This document shows, one piece after another, positions 42,605 to 52,414 of a stretch of DNA of 64,000 nt (within the stretch, counting starts at the first letter, position 1; each line of letters opens with the position of its first letter). The stretch lies in NCBI GenBank assembly GCA_018895015.1, contig JAHIOX010000015.1:11533-75532 (forward strand), given 5' to 3'. This DNA comes from Patescibacteria group bacterium (GTDB taxonomy: Bacteria > Patescibacteriota > Minisyncoccia > UBA9983). The notes under the pieces were generated by a model. That model was given only the letters and a program-made list of their open reading frames with translations, did not search any database and was not told the origin of the DNA. Position numbers and translations under genes: made by a program.

Positions 42605-43917
42605 GAAATTGCATTATGCAGGAATTTTGTCAATTCATCAATTTTTACTCTTTCCTGCTCGCCGGTGTCGCGGCTACGGACAGTGACGGTGTCGTTATCC
42701 AAAGTTTCAAAATCAACGGTAACGCAAAACGGCGTGCCGATTTCATCCTGCCTTCTGTAGCGCTTGCCAATATTGCCGTTATCGTCAAACATCGCTGGCT
42801 GAATTCCTGCCTCGCCGGCAGGCGAGTCTTTTTTTACCATGGCATAAACTTCTTTTGCCTTTTCAACCAGCTCCGGTTTGTTTTTCAGCAATGGAAAAAC
42901 CGCGGCTTTAACTGGCGCTATTTTTGGATTAAATTTTAAAACAATTCTTTTTTCGCCTCCCATTTCATCCTCGCTGTACGCCTCGCATAACAACGCCAAA
43001 ATAGTTCTGTCAATTCCAAATGTCGGCTCTATAACATGCGGCGTAAAAGTCTCTTTCGTTTCCTCGTCATAATAATCAAGCCCGTGATTTTTTAAATCAA
43101 AATCGGCGCGATAAGCGATACCATAAAGCTCTCCTCTGCCAAAAGGATAATTATAATCAATATCGATAGTCCTTTTTGAATAATGCGCTCTGTCTTTTTC
43201 TTCCACCTCCCTGTCAAAAATATTTTTTCCGCTTATCCCGATTTCTTTCATCCAATCATGCATCTGGTTCAGCCAATACTCAAAACTTTTCTCCCACGCC
43301 AACACGCCGTTCGGTTGCTTGATAAAATACTCTATTTCCATTTGCTCAAACTCCCTTATCCTGAATATAAAATCACACGGGGTAATTTCATTCCTGAACG
43401 CCTTGCCTATTTGCGCGATGCCAAAAGGAATTTTGGGGTGAAAAGAATCAATGATATTTTTGAAATTAACAAACATCCCTTGCGCGGTTTCCGGGCGCAG
43501 ATAAATCTGCGAAGCGCTGTCTTCCGCCGAGCCGATAAGTGTTTTAAACATTGTGTTAAACTTTCTCGGCTCTGTAATCTCACCGCCGCAAACATGACAA
43601 CAAAATTCTTCCTTTAACTGCTCTGCCCTGAATCTTTTATGGCACTTTTTGCATTCAACAAGCTTGTCGGAAAATTCTTTGATGTGGCCGGACGCCTCCC
43701 AAACTTTTGTGTTCATTAAAATCGCCGAATCAATCCCGTACATATCATCCCTGTCCAGCACAAACTTTTTCCACCACAAACTCTTAATATTGTTTTTCAG
43801 CAAAACTCCGAGCGGGCCGTAATCCCAAGCGCCAGCCAATCCGCCGTAAATATCAGAGCTCGGATAAATAAAACCGCGCCTTTTTGCCAATGATACGATT
43901 TTTTCTAAGTTGTCCAT
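42601..43917 (-). CDS. glyQS: Glycyl-tRNA synthetase (dimeric class II form)
   Basis: N-terminal RRGFIYPSSDIYGGLAGAWDYGPLG signature. Class II motifs 2 and 3. Anticodon-binding domain. Confidence 0.9.
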   Translation of the reverse strand: MDNLEKIVSLAKRRGFIYPSSDIYGGLAGAWDYGPLGVLLKNNIKSLWWKKFVLDRDDMYGIDSAILMNTKVWEASGHIKEFSDKLVECKKCHKRFRAEQLKEEFCCHVCGGEITEPRKFNTMFKTLIGSAEDSASQIYLRPETAQGMFVNFKNIIDSFHPKIPFGIAQIGKAFRNEITPCDFIFRIREFEQMEIEYFIKQPNGVLAWEKSFEYWLNQMHDWMKEIGISGKNIFDREVEEKDRAHYSKRTIDIDYNYPFGRGELYGIAYRADFDLKNHGLDYYDEETKETFTPHVIEPTFGIDRTILALLCEAYSEDEMGGEKRIVLKFNPKIAPVKAAVFPLLKNKPELVEKAKEVYAMVKKDSPAGEAGIQPAMFDDNGNIGKRYRRQDEIGTPFCVTVDFETLDNDTVTVRSRDTGEQERVKIDELTKFLHNAIS

Positions 43918-43918
43918 T

Positions 43919-45817
43919 TTATCTTATTACCTTGCCCTCTTCATATTTAAAATTCGGGTCGTTTTTCAAAATAATATCAACCTGCTGAAAACTGCGCTTA
44001 AAATCATCCTCAACAAAATTATCGCGCCCTTCCAAAATTCCTTCGCTTACTAAAGTTGGCGACAGCCCTTCTAAATTCGAGCCCGGGGTAAACGCGATCT
44101 TAAAAACAACTTCTTTTGGCGGCATTACAACGCCGGTTCCGGCGTTAATATGCCCGGCGCTCCAAACAATATTTCCGCCCCTTTCTTCATATTTAATTTC
44201 CGCCCCTTCCGGAGAAACAACACCGAGCCAACGCGCGTAAGAAGGCAATGACGCAGTTGCTTTTACGTTTGACAAATCATTAGAAACTCCGCTCAAAGAC
44301 CAAACTACAGTATAAGTGGTTTCTTGGCCAATTCTTGGAGGCATAGGCCCGGAGTTTTTAAACGGCCCTGAATAATAAAGAGCGGTGGAAGTAAAATTGA
44401 TTGGCGAGGCGATTTTAATTTCTTTCAAATCATTGTCAAAAATCTCTATGGCTTGCGATTCTTCCGAGGTTTCCATGCCGGAAATTTTTGACTCCAAAAT
44501 TATAGAAAAATTCTTGTCATTTATGTTTTTTGCCGGCAATAAATCTAGCACCGAAAAATTGCACTGAACTCTCCCTGTGTCGCCCGGGCTGACCAAAGAA
44601 AACTCCGGAACGCCGGATGAATTCCAAACTATCTTTTTATCAAACGCTCTGTAAACACCTCCTCTTGCTGAAATAGAACGCTCATCATAAACGTCTCCCT
44701 TTATTTGAAGCTCAATGGTCGCGTTGCGAACGAAGTTTGGCGTATTATTCACCCATTGCAAATCTAAATTCACCAAATCGCCGGCGCGAGCCGTGTTTCT
44801 CTCTCCGTCTTTGCCGTTTATAAAAAAAGAAAGATTGAAAGGCGACCTTTTTATAATCAGCGATGCTGAGGCGTTGCCAAAAGATATTAAATTTTCGTCT
44901 TCTTTAGCCGCGCCAACCGAAACATTAAACGCTTTTTCTTCCAAATCCTGCCCTTCAATAATTCCTTTTATGATTATCTCTCTTTTTTCCAGCGAATTTA
45001 TGTCTCCGAGCAACCAAACATTATCTCCTTCCGATGGCTTTGGAACAGCGTTGCCAAAATGAAATCCCGACGGATACAAAACATGCAAAAATATATTTTT
45101 CGCGGCTAACTCGGAGTTTGAAACTGCCTCTATTTTTATTTCTATCTCGCGCATGGAATTCGTTTCTTTCGGCGCCAACACAGACACTCCGATTGCCGGC
45201 CGAGATATTTTAACAAGATACTCGTTATTTTTTGTAAAAATCGCGCTTGAACCCGCAAGACGATACTCAAGAACAATATTCACTTTTTTTTCTTCGTTTT
45301 CAAGCCCTAAAAAAACAATGTCTTTAAGTTTGCCAATCCTTTCATTTGACTTAACCTCACCTAAAGAAATTCGCTCTCTCTTGAGCGCGACGCCATCAAT
45401 TGAATAAGCCCCTTCCGGAAATTCTAAAATTAAATCCGCCACTTCTAAATTTGTCTTATTTTTATTTTCAACAAAAACGTTAAAATTTGAAATTTTACCG
45501 CCTTCAATATAGGCCGGGCCTTTTATTTCCAAACTTATGTTTCTTGAAGAAATAATATTGCTTTCGGAAAACCAAAAATAAAGCGCGGCTGCGGAAGCGC
45601 CAATAAACAACAAAATAATTAGTGAAATAAAAATAGTTTTCATCACGCTACCGTCTTTTTTCTCTCCTGACGCGCTTTGCCAATAAGAAGGCATTTGACC
45701 GATATTTTCTCCGTAAATTCTTGTTCTTTTCCGCCGTTCTTCAAAAGTCTCTTCTTTCTTATAAAGACGGTCTTTGAGCTTTTTTAGAACGCCGCTATTT
45801 ATACCCATGTTGTTCAT
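43919..45817 (-). CDS. Large membrane-anchored extracytoplasmic protein (hypothetical)
   Basis: Basic N-terminus, single TM (IFISLIILLFIGASAAALYFWF), about 550-aa beta-rich extracellular region. No recognised domain. Confidence 0.4.
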   Translation of the reverse strand: MNNMGINSGVLKKLKDRLYKKEETFEERRKRTRIYGENIGQMPSYWQSASGEKKDGSVMKTIFISLIILLFIGASAAALYFWFSESNIISSRNISLEIKGPAYIEGGKISNFNVFVENKNKTNLEVADLILEFPEGAYSIDGVALKRERISLGEVKSNERIGKLKDIVFLGLENEEKKVNIVLEYRLAGSSAIFTKNNEYLVKISRPAIGVSVLAPKETNSMREIEIKIEAVSNSELAAKNIFLHVLYPSGFHFGNAVPKPSEGDNVWLLGDINSLEKREIIIKGIIEGQDLEEKAFNVSVGAAKEDENLISFGNASASLIIKRSPFNLSFFINGKDGERNTARAGDLVNLDLQWVNNTPNFVRNATIELQIKGDVYDERSISARGGVYRAFDKKIVWNSSGVPEFSLVSPGDTGRVQCNFSVLDLLPAKNINDKNFSIILESKISGMETSEESQAIEIFDNDLKEIKIASPINFTSTALYYSGPFKNSGPMPPRIGQETTYTVVWSLSGVSNDLSNVKATASLPSYARWLGVVSPEGAEIKYEERGGNIVWSAGHINAGTGVVMPPKEVVFKIAFTPGSNLEGLSPTLVSEGILEGRDNFVEDDFKRSFQQVDIILKNDPNFKYEEGKVIR

Positions 45818-46359
45818 TATAGCATACTTTCTTTAATTGCTCTGTTAATTGACGGGATAAGCAGACTTTTCGAAGATGGAATATCCGGCATATAGCCCAG
45901 GTTGTTTAAAATTCTTGCCATAGCCGCGGTTTCCAAATCATGCAGATTTTTATTCCGGCTATCTCCGCCGCTCAAGTTTAAAAATAAATTCTTGATTTCC
46001 TCCCAAATAAAATTATTTTTCTCCTCTCCTTTTATCATGCGGACCAAGAATTTTGCGATTCTGGCAAAAGTTTTCAGCTTATCGGAATCAACAGCGAGCA
46101 TGGCCGAGCTTTTATTTTCCTGCGCGTCAATCACGCGCCAAACCAGCCCGCCGTCGGATTTTCCCGCGATTAAAGAAAAATTGGCGCAAGAAAATAAATC
46201 TAAATTGCAGCGCAGTTTTGATTTCGCGTAACGCACGCCCTGCGCAATCGCGTTGATCATCCCGAATTTTTCCGTAAAAATATAATAAAATCGATTCGCC
46301 TCCCCAAAATCGCTCTTTCCCAAAATTATTCCCTCTGTCTGGTAAATAATATGCGGCAT
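45817..46359 (-). CDS. recO: DNA repair protein RecO (short form)
   Basis: N-terminal OB-fold pattern (TEGIILGKSDFGEANRFYYIFTEKFGMINAIAQG). 180 aa. Moderate confidence. Confidence 0.5.
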   Translation of the reverse strand: MPHIIYQTEGIILGKSDFGEANRFYYIFTEKFGMINAIAQGVRYAKSKLRCNLDLFSCANFSLIAGKSDGGLVWRVIDAQENKSSAMLAVDSDKLKTFARIAKFLVRMIKGEEKNNFIWEEIKNLFLNLSGGDSRNKNLHDLETAAMARILNNLGYMPDIPSSKSLLIPSINRAIKESML

Positions 46360-46376
46360 ACATTATAATTTAAAAA

Positions 46377-46802
46377 TCAAATATCAAAATTATTAATTTT
46401 AGAAATATCGCCGTTAATAATAATCGGCCTTACTGCCTCAATTTCAGTTTTGCAATACGGCATATCCGGAATTTGATTCCACAAAAATATCTTCTGGTTC
46501 AACACGTGCGCAAAGCCAATTTCCATTAAAGTATTCCCACCAATATAATTCTTGGTGCCGTTCTTATCAAAATTCAAGACGAGAACGGCGTCAGCGCCTT
46601 GCATAGCTCTCCAAAATTCACGAATCGCGTCCATATTATATTTCTGATGAAGTTTTATTTTTTCAATTTCTTCATTATTTTTGCCAATCATAGCCTTGTG
46701 CAAATCCGTAACAAAAGCGTCATGCCCAAATTCGCGTAGCTTGTCACGAACCTCAAGCATTTTATCGGTAAATTGCATAGAACCGATTATTCCTATTTTC
46801 AT
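46377..46802 (-). CDS. Hypothetical Rossmann-like protein (nucleoside 2-deoxyribosyltransferase-like fold?)
   Basis: MKIGIIGS...ADAVLVLNF...YIGGNTLMEIGFA pattern. Weak. Confidence 0.25.
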   Translation of the reverse strand: MKIGIIGSMQFTDKMLEVRDKLREFGHDAFVTDLHKAMIGKNNEEIEKIKLHQKYNMDAIREFWRAMQGADAVLVLNFDKNGTKNYIGGNTLMEIGFAHVLNQKIFLWNQIPDMPYCKTEIEAVRPIIINGDISKINNFDI

Positions 46803-46825
46803 ATTTTTAATTAAAATTTTATTTG

Positions 46826-47083
46826 CTAATTCTTATAAATTTCCTTTCTGTGGCCAACTTTTAAAATAAGTAAAATATTCTTTTTGACATCAAAAAGAAT
46901 TCTGTAATCGCCTATCCGGAAACGATACTCTCCAAATCTTTGGTCCTTAAGTTTTTCGGCAAACGTCAAAGGATTTTCCTGAAGCGAGTAAAATTGAAGT
47001 TTTTTTAAAATTCTTTCGCGAATTTGAGGAGACAATTTTTCAATCTCCCTTGCCGCTTTTCTTTTAAATTCAAAATTAAACAC
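46826..47083 (-). CDS. Type II toxin, RelE/ParE family
   Basis: RelE/ParE fold signature (GEYRFRIGDYRILFDV...ILKVGHRKEIY). 85 aa. Confidence 0.75.
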   Translation of the reverse strand: MFNFEFKRKAAREIEKLSPQIRERILKKLQFYSLQENPLTFAEKLKDQRFGEYRFRIGDYRILFDVKKNILLILKVGHRKEIYKN

Positions 47084-47086
47084 AAA

Positions 47087-47293
47087 TTAAATGCGGTATT
47101 TTTTAAGAATATTTTTTAAGGGAATTGTTCCTTTTTCTTTGCGTCTCTTTTGTATCTCTTTTGCCAGAGCTTCTGAACGGTACATTTCTAAATTTTCCAA
47201 TTCTTCCTCAATTTTTTGCCATTTTTTCAGCGGCAAAATCACAACCCCTTCTTTTCCTCGTATAACGGATTTTGGCAAAACTATTGTATTCAT
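47087..47293 (-). CDS. Type II antitoxin (Phd/YefM- or RelB-like), partner of the downstream RelE/ParE
   Basis: 68 aa. The stop lies 4 nt before the toxin start. Typical antitoxin-then-toxin order. Confidence 0.55.
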   Translation of the reverse strand: MNTIVLPKSVIRGKEGVVILPLKKWQKIEEELENLEMYRSEALAKEIQKRRKEKGTIPLKNILKKYRI

Positions 47294-47395
47294 ATATTGT
47301 TATTCTAAAATTTACTCAAAAAAAGTCAATCCAACAAAATTATCCCCTCTGTTTGATAAATCCTACGCGCCATGTGCGCCACTAAGTGGCTAACA

Positions 47396-47968
47396 CTAAC
47401 TGCTCATTTCCAAAATTTTTTCCAAAGCAACCGGCAATTCAATAACACCATCACTGGCATTAAAATGGCCCTTATTGCGTTCAACTATAATTCCGGCTCC
47501 AAGTTCTTTTTTAAAAATCTCATTATCGTTTAATGGCACCACTGGGTCGTTATCGGAAAAAATAGCGGCAATTTTTTTAGAACTATTTTTAATTTTTTCT
47601 AGATTTATCGGCGTTTCCACCCATGGCCTTGCGATTTTTTCTTCCTCTTCGGACTCCAAATTCGCCAGATTAAACCATCCAGCGACAAACACAATTCCGC
47701 CAACCTTTATGCCATCAAATCTTTCCATATACCTCATTATTGCCTGACGCCCGATGCTATGCCCGACAAAATATGTATTCTCGTCAGACTCGCCGACAAG
47801 GTTCGCGAGAAACGACACCCATTCTTCAATCTTCGGCTCTTCCGTATTCGGCATCGCAGGCGCAAAAACTTCAAAACCTTTTTGCTCCAATTCTTTTTTC
47901 AGCCAAGGAAACCAGTCGTCTTCGGGACTGCCTCCCCACCCATGAATTATAAAAACCCGCTTTTTCAT
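47396..47968 (-). CDS. Alpha/beta serine hydrolase, YdeN/RBBP9-like
   Basis: Nucleophile elbow GHSIG. About 190 aa, FIIHGWGG N-terminal motif. Confidence 0.65.
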   Translation of the reverse strand: MKKRVFIIHGWGGSPEDDWFPWLKKELEQKGFEVFAPAMPNTEEPKIEEWVSFLANLVGESDENTYFVGHSIGRQAIMRYMERFDGIKVGGIVFVAGWFNLANLESEEEEKIARPWVETPINLEKIKNSSKKIAAIFSDNDPVVPLNDNEIFKKELGAGIIVERNKGHFNASDGVIELPVALEKILEMSS

Positions 47969-47970
47969 AA

Positions 47971-48294
47971 TTATTCCGCTTGTTCTAAAAATATTTTTTT
48001 CTCAAATCCGCCGCGCTTTTGCTTTCTTTCTTCTTTCATTTTTAAAATTTCGTCTTTGCTTAAACCGAAAGCTTTTTCTATGGCTTCAATCACCTCAAAG
48101 ATATCGCCGATTTCTTTCATCAATTCATGGCTATTTTCTGCCAAAACAGCTTCTTGGGATTCTTCTAAGAGCTTATTTTTCAGTTCTTTTTTATATTCTT
48201 CATCATCAAGTATACGAGTTATAGGCTTTTCACCATCATTTTCAATAATTTCGGGAATTTTATCTCTCACTAATTTATTATAAATTTTCACCAT
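47971..48294 (-). CDS. MazG-like nucleotide pyrophosphohydrolase domain protein
   Basis: All-alpha MazG/HisE-like pattern (KLVRDKIPEII...EE..E..L). Confidence 0.45.
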   Translation of the reverse strand: MVKIYNKLVRDKIPEIIENDGEKPITRILDDEEYKKELKNKLLEESQEAVLAENSHELMKEIGDIFEVIEAIEKAFGLSKDEILKMKEERKQKRGGFEKKIFLEQAE

Positions 48295-48298
48295 AAAT

Positions 48299-51193
48299 TT
48301 ATTGGATAATTTTAATGATAAATTTTAATTCTTCTATTTTTATTTCTTCGCCATCGTTTTCTGAAAATTCTATTAAGGCAGTATTTGTGCCTTTTTTGAT
48401 TTCACTTTCAAATTTTTTGATTAATTTTTCGCCGTTATAATCTGTCTCAACAACTAAATCTATTTCTTGTCCAGGCATTAACCCTGCCTTTTTGCGCAAA
48501 TCCTGAATATTACGGACTAATTCCCGCATCATGCCTTCGTCTTTAAGTTCAGAAGTAACAATAATATCCAACTTTACGGACGGATCATCTTGAGCCATAG
48601 TAGCATCAAGCATAACCTCCTTTACATTCACTTCGGCTGCGAGAATATCTTTTACTTCACTCCAATACTGCACTTTTTCTCCATTATGCTTAATAGATAA
48701 TCTTTGTAACGGTTGACGTACTTTTATATTATGTTTAGCTCGTTCCATAAGCGCTATAGACGCGAATGACCTGACAAAACTCATAGCAGTTAGTAAATCA
48801 ACATCTACCGAACCAGACTCGGGCCATTCTTCCAAATGTACTGATTCTTTCTCTCTACCCAATTCTTGATAAATTTCTTCTGCCGCAAAAGGCGCGAATG
48901 GCGCGAGCAATTTTGAAAATTCTACCAACACAAAACACGTTGTGCTGACTACGTTATTTTTATCTTCGCCTTCTTCTTTGAATCTGCTTCTCGAACGCCT
49001 GATATACCAAGTGGACAAATCATCAACAAAATCTCCGAGCGGCCGCGCAGCTTTATCTAGTTCGTAGTTTTCCATCGCTTCGGTAATTTCTTGCGTTAAT
49101 TGGTTCAACCGCGCCAAAATCCATTTGTCTAAAATATTTTTAACACTTGGAAATCCAGTTTCCAAGTGTGCGGAAACTGGATTTCCAAGTGTGTACATTT
49201 TATAAAACGCCAAAACATTTTTGAGTCGCATAATTATTTTTTTGTTGACTTCATCCACGCCTTTTTCCGAAAAATTCAAACTCTCGGCGCGCACGGCTGG
49301 CGAAGAAAGAAGGTAAAAACGCAGCGCGTCAGCGCCATATTTTTCAACAATATCCATCGGGTCTGGATAATTTTTAAGGCGCTTTGACATTTTTTGTCCA
49401 TCTTCAGCCAAAATAATTCCGTTGGCAACAACATTTTTATACGCTGGCTTATCAAAAAGAGCCGTGGAAAGAACAAGCAAAGTATAAAACCATCCTCTGG
49501 TCTGGTCCACGCCCTCGGCAATAAACTCCGCCGGAAATGTTTTTTCAAATTCCTCTTTATTTTCAAACGGATAATGCTTTTGAGCGTAAGGCATTGAACC
49601 GGATTCAAACCAGCAATCAAAAACCTCGGGCACGCGCTTCATTTTTTCACCACAATCACATTGAAATTCAATTTTATCAATATGCGGCCTATGCAAATCT
49701 ATTTTGCCAACTTCTTCTGCCGAACCAATGACTTTTATTTCTCCGCATTTTTCGCATCTCCAAACGGGCAAAGGCGCGCCCCAGTAGCGTGAGCGGGAAA
49801 TCGCCCAGTCGCGCGCGCCCTCAAGCCATTTTCCAAAACGGCCGTCGCGCAAATTCGCCGGAATCCAGTTTATTTTTTTGTTGTTTTCCAAAAGCTGGCC
49901 TTTTATTTTTTCAACATTCACGAACCACGAACTCGCCGCGTAATTCAAAAGCGGAGTTTCGCACCGCCAGCAAAAAGGATACGAGTGCGAAATTGATTCC
50001 TGATTAAAAACTTTATCGCCCAAAAATTCAATAATTTTTTCATCGGTCTCTCTTGGATTGCCCTTCGGCTTAACTTGCAAGCCGGCGAAGCCTTCAACTT
50101 CCGGCTTAAACTTCCCGTCCATTCCGACATGCTGAATAAATGGCAATTTTTCTTTTTTACCCAATTCCATATCGTTCTCACCGAACGCCGGCGCGATATG
50201 GACAATTCCCGTTCCATCTTCAGTATTCACAAAATCCGCAGAATAAATTCTCCAACCGTTATTACTATTTTCTAATTTTTTATCTTTAGAATAATAATTA
50301 AATAACGGCTTGTATTTTTTCCCGATCAAGTCTTTTCCTTTTAATTCTTGGATAATTTTATATTCTTTGTCTTTTAGAATGTCATCAATTCTATCTTTTG
50401 CCAAAATAAAATACTCATTATTTTTGAGATTTGATTTTTGAGATTTGATTTTGCAATAAATCACTTTGTGATTTATTGCCAACGCGACATTTCCGGGCAA
50501 TGTCCACGGAGTCGTGGTCCATGCTAAAACATAAGTATCCGGCTCGTCTTCCAATTCAAATTTAACAGTAACGGCAATATCTTTAATCTCTTTATAATTT
50601 TGCGTTACTTCAAAATTTGAAAGAGTGGTTTCGCATCGCGGGCAGACGTGCATTGATTTATGCCCTTCATAAATTAATCCTTTGTCATAAAGCGTCTTAA
50701 AAACCCGCCAGACCGATTCAGTGTAATTTCTGTCCATTGTCTTATAATCATTTTCCATATCCACCCATCTGCCGATACGCGGAATTATTTTTTTCCATTC
50801 GTCAGCGTATTCCAAAACGCTTTCCTCAGCCTTTTTATTAAATTTTTCAATGCCATATTCTTCAATGTCTTTTTTGCTTTTCAAACGCAAATCTTTTTCT
50901 ACGAGATTTTCAATCGGCAAACCATGACAATCCCAACCCCACCTGCGCGGAACATTTTTCCCTCTCATTGTCTGATAACGCGGAATCGCGTCTTTTATTA
51001 TGCTCGCCAAAATGTGGCCGTAGTGAGGAAGGCCTGTGGCAAACGGCGGCCCGTCATAAAAAGAAAAAACAGGCTTGTTTTTGCCCTGCTCAAGCGTCTT
51101 TTCAAAAATTTTATTCTCTTCCCAAAATTTAAGTATTTCTTCCTCTTTTTTAGCGATTTCAGATTTATTTGTTTTATTTTCTTTGTTTTTCAT
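48299..51193 (-). CDS. ileS: Isoleucyl-tRNA synthetase
   Basis: Class I HYGH (PHYGHIL) and KMSKR motifs, CP1 editing domain, C-terminal zinc motif CxxC. Contains the type A palindrome, encoding LGNPVSAHLETGFPS. Confidence 0.9.
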   Translation of the reverse strand: MKNKENKTNKSEIAKKEEEILKFWEENKIFEKTLEQGKNKPVFSFYDGPPFATGLPHYGHILASIIKDAIPRYQTMRGKNVPRRWGWDCHGLPIENLVEKDLRLKSKKDIEEYGIEKFNKKAEESVLEYADEWKKIIPRIGRWVDMENDYKTMDRNYTESVWRVFKTLYDKGLIYEGHKSMHVCPRCETTLSNFEVTQNYKEIKDIAVTVKFELEDEPDTYVLAWTTTPWTLPGNVALAINHKVIYCKIKSQKSNLKNNEYFILAKDRIDDILKDKEYKIIQELKGKDLIGKKYKPLFNYYSKDKKLENSNNGWRIYSADFVNTEDGTGIVHIAPAFGENDMELGKKEKLPFIQHVGMDGKFKPEVEGFAGLQVKPKGNPRETDEKIIEFLGDKVFNQESISHSYPFCWRCETPLLNYAASSWFVNVEKIKGQLLENNKKINWIPANLRDGRFGKWLEGARDWAISRSRYWGAPLPVWRCEKCGEIKVIGSAEEVGKIDLHRPHIDKIEFQCDCGEKMKRVPEVFDCWFESGSMPYAQKHYPFENKEEFEKTFPAEFIAEGVDQTRGWFYTLLVLSTALFDKPAYKNVVANGIILAEDGQKMSKRLKNYPDPMDIVEKYGADALRFYLLSSPAVRAESLNFSEKGVDEVNKKIIMRLKNVLAFYKMYTLGNPVSAHLETGFPSVKNILDKWILARLNQLTQEITEAMENYELDKAARPLGDFVDDLSTWYIRRSRSRFKEEGEDKNNVVSTTCFVLVEFSKLLAPFAPFAAEEIYQELGREKESVHLEEWPESGSVDVDLLTAMSFVRSFASIALMERAKHNIKVRQPLQRLSIKHNGEKVQYWSEVKDILAAEVNVKEVMLDATMAQDDPSVKLDIIVTSELKDEGMMRELVRNIQDLRKKAGLMPGQEIDLVVETDYNGEKLIKKFESEIKKGTNTALIEFSENDGEEIKIEELKFIIKIIQ
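49143..49192. repeat. In-frame intragenic palindromic element, type A (long form)
   Basis: acacttggaaatccagtttcc aagtgtgc ggaaactggatttccaagtgt. Perfect 21-bp arms. Confidence 0.8.
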
Positions 51194-51285
51194 TGTTTAA
51201 TAAAACCCCTCCTTGCCTCCCCTTGTCAGGGGAGGAATTTATTTTGCTCCCTCCCTGACAAGGGAGGGTCGGGGTGGGTTTAATA
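51186..51285. repeat. 100-bp direct repeat, copy 1: structured leader overlapping the ileS start codon
   Basis: tttttcattgtttaataaaacccctccttgcctccccttgtcaggggaggaatttattttgctccctccctgacaagggagggtcggggtgggtttaata. Two internal 7-bp hairpins plus an outer aaacccc/ggggttt pairing. Confidence 0.85.
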
Positions 51286-51388
51286 CGATCACTATAAATA
51301 AAAGTTTAATAGATTCCGCACTTAAATACAATAAAGAAAAAGAAAAAATCCCACAAGGGATTCTTTTTTGTAAACAGCTATTTATAAA

Positions 51389-51847
51389 TTATTTTTTGGC
51401 TTTTATTTCTTCGTATTTCTCAGCGACAGCTTGCTTTATCTCCTGCAGATGTTGCAGTCGAACGCCATAACTGCATTTATCGCAAGTAACCGTACTCCTG
51501 CTATCCGAATGGCAAAAGCAACTGATTTCCCCACCAAATACTTCTTGGATAAAAGTCACGCATCTTTGAAAGTTCTGCGGATCATTCTGCAATAATTTAA
51601 ACGCTTCTTCAATCGCTTGTTTTTCCAACCCGAATTTAACCTCCAAAAACATCGACTGCAATCTGCGCTCATACGAAGGCAAGCCCTGCTCTCTTTTATA
51701 TGACCCCTCTAAGCCTTCATCAAAACTCCGCGAGCTCGAAACAATCTTGCTATGCAAAGTCCCACTATTTACCATTTCCGCCAGCACGCCAAGGTTTGCC
51801 AAACAAAACCAATACTTTCTTTCTTTCAACCATTCTCTCGCGTCCAT
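51389..51847 (-). CDS. Hypothetical protein with C-terminal Cys cluster
   Basis: CFCHSD...CDKC cluster. Lies inside the segment bracketed by the 100-bp direct repeats. Confidence 0.4.
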   Translation of the reverse strand: MDAREWLKERKYWFCLANLGVLAEMVNSGTLHSKIVSSSRSFDEGLEGSYKREQGLPSYERRLQSMFLEVKFGLEKQAIEEAFKLLQNDPQNFQRCVTFIQEVFGGEISCFCHSDSRSTVTCDKCSYGVRLQHLQEIKQAVAEKYEEIKAKK

Positions 51848-51919
51848 ATTCCGCCTCCTGTTCGCATTTTTTCTATCCGCATACTATCACACTACACTTA
51901 CAAAAATCAAGATAATTTA

Positions 51920-52321
51920 TTAATTTTGCAATACATCATGCTTTTGACGGTACGGTTTTATTTTCTTAATCTTCTCTTTTAAGTCTTGATAAACTTCTTC
52001 TATATTAAACATTACGTCATTATTTGTGTAACGGACTACTTTAATACCATACGCTTTTAATTTTTCAGACCTTAATACGTCATATTCTTGCCGTATTACG
52101 TGAGAATCTCCATCAATTTCAATAGCCAACATCAATTCCGAACAATAAAAATCTACAATAAAATTATCTAATGGCTTTTGACGAATAAATTTATAATTCT
52201 CAAATTGCCTACTTTTTAATACTCTAAACCATATTTTCTTTTCCGCGTGTGTTGGATTTTTTCTATTTTCCCTTGCTACTTCTATGAGTTTTTGATTGTA
52301 TGGAATATAAAGTTTTTTCAT
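51920..52321 (-). CDS. DUF559 (Vsr-like/restriction-endonuclease-fold) domain protein
   Basis: THAEKKIW...YKFIRQ...DFYC...LAIEIDGDSH... pattern of the DUF559 endonuclease family. Its start codon is embedded in repeat copy 2. Confidence 0.65.
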   Translation of the reverse strand: MKKLYIPYNQKLIEVARENRKNPTHAEKKIWFRVLKSRQFENYKFIRQKPLDNFIVDFYCSELMLAIEIDGDSHVIRQEYDVLRSEKLKAYGIKVVRYTNNDVMFNIEEVYQDLKEKIKKIKPYRQKHDVLQN

Positions 52322-52412
52322 TGTTTAATAAAACCCCTCCTTGCCTCCCCTTGTCAGGGGAGGAATTTATTTTGCTCCCTCCCTGACAAGGAGGGTCGGG
52401 GTGGGTTTAATA
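52313..52412. repeat. 100-bp direct repeat, copy 2 (99 bp; one G deleted in the second hairpin)
   Basis: Identical to copy 1 except for a 1-nt deletion (gacaaggagggtc versus gacaagggagggtc). Overlaps the DUF559 gene start. Confidence 0.85.
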
Positions 52413-52414
52413 GT

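Noticed and set aside
51213-51470. 85-aa plus-strand ORF (MPPLVRGGIYFAPSLTREGRGG...) and its twin at 52341-52547
   Set aside because: Both arise from reading the G/C-rich hairpin repeats (gggagg/cctccc) on the wrong strand. They are duplicated only because the 100-bp repeat is duplicated.
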